DNA from: Podarcis vaucheri
Taxonomy: Eukaryota
Strand: one strand, 5' to 3'
Length of the DNA: 64,000 nucleotides
NCBI GenBank assembly: GCA_965113315.1
Contig: OZ220363.1
The translations under genes and the position numbers were made by a program. Shown piece by piece: positions 60,931 through 64,000 of this stretch. Positions within the stretch are counted from its first letter, which is position 1. Each line of letters starts with the position of its first letter. The notes beneath the pieces are model-generated. The model was not told the DNA's origin and searched no databases. It worked only from the letters and a program-made list of their open reading frames with translations.

Positions 60931-63900
60931 TACTAGCAGAAAATTGCCTTTATAGGTGTATTTTATATACTCTGGTGTCAATAATGCCCTTCTTTCTCTG
61001 TTACCACAAACTGCTTACTATAGAAGCAGCTTCCCTCCTACAGAACTGCAAATTATAAACTGTATTTCATGCAGAGAACATGTTTGGATTAACGTATATA
61101 AATATAATAAATATATGTCTAAAATAGAAGCTGCCATCCACACCCCACATCTGGCTTAAGTACTTCACAATGGAGTGTTGGTTCTCCTCTCCCCCTGCAT
61201 TAGTAATTTTAACTCAGGGTTGCTACCCAACTTTTTCTTCTTGTTTTTTGATGCTGCAAAGCACAGTCAAGCTTTCTGCACTATGTATGTCAGAGTTCCC
61301 TGCTGAAACCAATGCTGGCTTGGGAGAGTTTCTGCCTCCATTCTCAGGATGACACAGTCCCCAAACCCACCCTTAAAAACATGGAAGCAAGCCATGAGAC
61401 TATTATAAGGTATGAATAACCCCTGAAGCTGATGAGTGAAGCTTTGGTAGAAGCAACATTTGCAAGTTTAGCTCTTAATGAAACTCATTTCCTGCCCTCA
61501 GGATGATGCAAGTATTTGGGAAAGGGAGTTGAGATGTCTGAATGGTTTGGCTGTTCTCAGCCATTTTCATCTTTGCCCTCCTTCAAAATGATCTGTGCCA
61601 TCTGACATGGACCAGCACAGCCACTCCTGTTTGCACATGGACTTAGTAGTGAATTAAGGCAGCAAATGCACCATCTTAACATCAACCACACCTCACAACT
61701 CGTTCCAGGCAATGAACTTTTTATTCACTTGCCATTTTTCATTTTGCTTTCCAGTATCTCCATTTGAGTTTTGGAACTTCTGGACACTGCAATAATGGCT
61801 CCTGCATATGAATCCACATTCACTGTTTTTCTTGACAATGTGGAATGGCCACTTGTGGTTTCTCAGGATCCTTGAGGAGAGTATGCAATAGCTGTGATTG
61901 AAGTTAACCCGTGAGGTGCCAACTTGTGTCATTGTGGAGAGGTACTGGGTGGCCTCAAAGATTTCTATTGGAGAAAGAGATCATATTACATATGCTTGCC
62001 ACCAACTGCAACCTCAAAATCATTAGCAACATGTTTATCATCCATTCTCTGGAGAGGAGGTTAAGGGAAGAGATTATTGATTCCTTAAAGATTTAAACGA
62101 GAAAAGGTATGAAGCGGAGGGAATTTGTGGTTTCTTAGAATAAGGGTTCTCAGTTGGTGCAGGATGTTTAGACAGTCACTTCTTGGAGATAACTGATTCA
62201 GAAACGGAACAAGGTTCTATAACCAGATATACAATATGGTAATCAAAAGTATGTTTTGGCATGGCATCAAAACTGGACTCTATTGCTGCTTAATGCAATG
62301 AAAACAATGTCAATGAGACCACTTTTCAGAAAGTTTTCTCATCCTATCCCTGCTAAGGCATCACAGATTTAGAGAATAAAAAGCTAATCCTTCTGCATCC
62401 TAACACATAAAAAGGAACTGCAGCCCATTTTTAGATGAGGAGCTATCAGCCACAATGAAGAAGTATTCAGGGCATCTTTTGCCTTAACAATTGCAGAATG
62501 GGCATGAGCATTGGAACTGACCCAATCTGGAACTGGCTGTGTAGAAAGCTTGGCATGTCTCAGGAGCATAAAGATATTTCTTCACTGCATCCTCCCTCCC
62601 TCCACCTGCTCACATGCACACCCACACCAGGGCAGGTCTTGCCTCTGTCAGGGACTTTGTCTCCTGAGAAAAACTTTCTTGCTGGCACAATCAGCTGTTG
62701 TTAATAGAACTGCTGTGCCAATCTCTGGGGCCCGCCCCTAAGAGACAAGGTGCACACCCTTCCACACAAAACAACCTTCTATACTTTTAAAAGGATGCAT
62801 AGGATCCTCTCATTCACTTCCCACACACAGCTACACAAAGCCTGCAACGCATATTCAACATATATACGCACAGTGAAAAGAAGATATGGTCACATGCGCT
62901 ATCCTCAGCAATCCTGCAACAGTGTTCTAAGCCAAACAGATTTAAGAGAATAGTTTGGTTTCAAGCTCAAGAATGGGATTTAGATAGAGTAGGGCTTTGC
63001 ACCACTTACCAATTATGGCAAGAGAAGATATGTGGAATGGCAGAAATGAAGGACAGAGGTGATATCTTCTATGGAAAGAGTGAGGGAAGCAATCAAGAGT
63101 AACATCGGGGCCCAATCCTGTCAGGCTGTCTTTCCCACATCCCATCTCAGAGCCAATTGACACCAACTGCCACCCAATCCAGCTCCTGCTTTTGTTTTGT
63201 TTCATGAGCGTGCAGCTGTTAATTGCTTTGAGGACTTGTGACAAAAAGCAGGCTATAATCTACTACATATCTCTCTATGTATAACACGCCACTAAGGAGA
63301 TTGACCCATTAGTTCAAGCATTTCTGCATGCCCAATGGAATGATCTCCCATCTCCTTTCCCCGCATGCTGATGTGGGAGTTATCCTGCCCACCCTACCCT
63401 GCCTCAGAGCAGCCAATTTGGTGGAACACACGGTGGGAGGGGAGGGGATATGCCCCATTGCACTACAATAAGTCCTTGTGTGGGTTTGAGTTACTGGAAC
63501 CAGTTAGCTGAATCTGTCCCTCAGTGGCAAAGCAAGTGATGTTTTAGCAAAGCTTCACATTTCACCAAACCAATTCATATATCATTGTCAAGCCATGGTT
63601 CAGAAACTTTGGCGGGGGGGGCGTTCCTCCTCCCTTTTGTAGCTTGCTGCAAAATCCAGCCTTGACAAGCTATGGTTCCTGCAAACCAGGAACTGCATCC
63701 AAACCTTCTGGAGTCATAGTTTGGAAGCGATTCCCGGGTGGAAGCAACTACAGTTCATCCAACTGAGATGCAATGACAAAACTAAAGTTTGAGCGAAGCA
63801 GGGAAAGGAAGGTGCTATACCTTTAAATAGTCAGACACCAAAATACACTTTGGTCACTATGCTTTAACCAAACCATAACAGCTGGAAATCAATACAGTCA

Positions 63901-64000
63901 ATTACTAGTGATATATAAGATATGGAAGTCATGAAAGTCCAATGTGTTTCTTTTGAGTGCACTAATAAGATTTAGGCTAAGAGCTGGTGGACAACTGTAC

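Overview
Vertebrate nuclear DNA. The repeat content (Sauria/Squam SINEs, squamate L2, Penelope-type and hAT elements) points to a squamate reptile, probably a lacertid lizard. Two convergent genes fill the window. (1) MOK (RAGE1; MAPK/MAK/MRK-overlapping kinase) is complete on the + strand: 12 coding exons from 196 to 18156, all GT-AG, 1260 nt = 419 aa. It starts in a CpG island carrying an RFX X-box and a YY1-type motif. (2) The 3' part of WDR20 is on the - strand: a 183-nt exon (41309-41127) and a large exon (37407-36127). The large exon either reads through its donor to end ...GKVVSFNP* at 36109, or splices to a distal exon ending ...GLLPSQNQANSPSGTVV* (23842-23789). WDR20 exon 1 lies beyond the right edge. 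The introns hold many transposon relics, several nested. Most notable observations: a young Penelope-type insertion (58010-58219) forming a perfect 81-bp hairpin, with a minimal hammerhead ribozyme intact only on the strand antisense to WDR20; a solo LTR inserted inside a Sauria SINE; hairpin hAT MITEs carrying the ZNF143/THAP11-type ACTACAnnTCCCA motif clustered behind the MOK promoter; candidate extra WDR20 exons (a 36-nt stop-containing micro-exon and a third terminal exon); and back-to-back poly(A) signals where the two genes meet. No prokaryotic-type system is present. Gene and repeat family names come from recognising the sequence, not from a database search.
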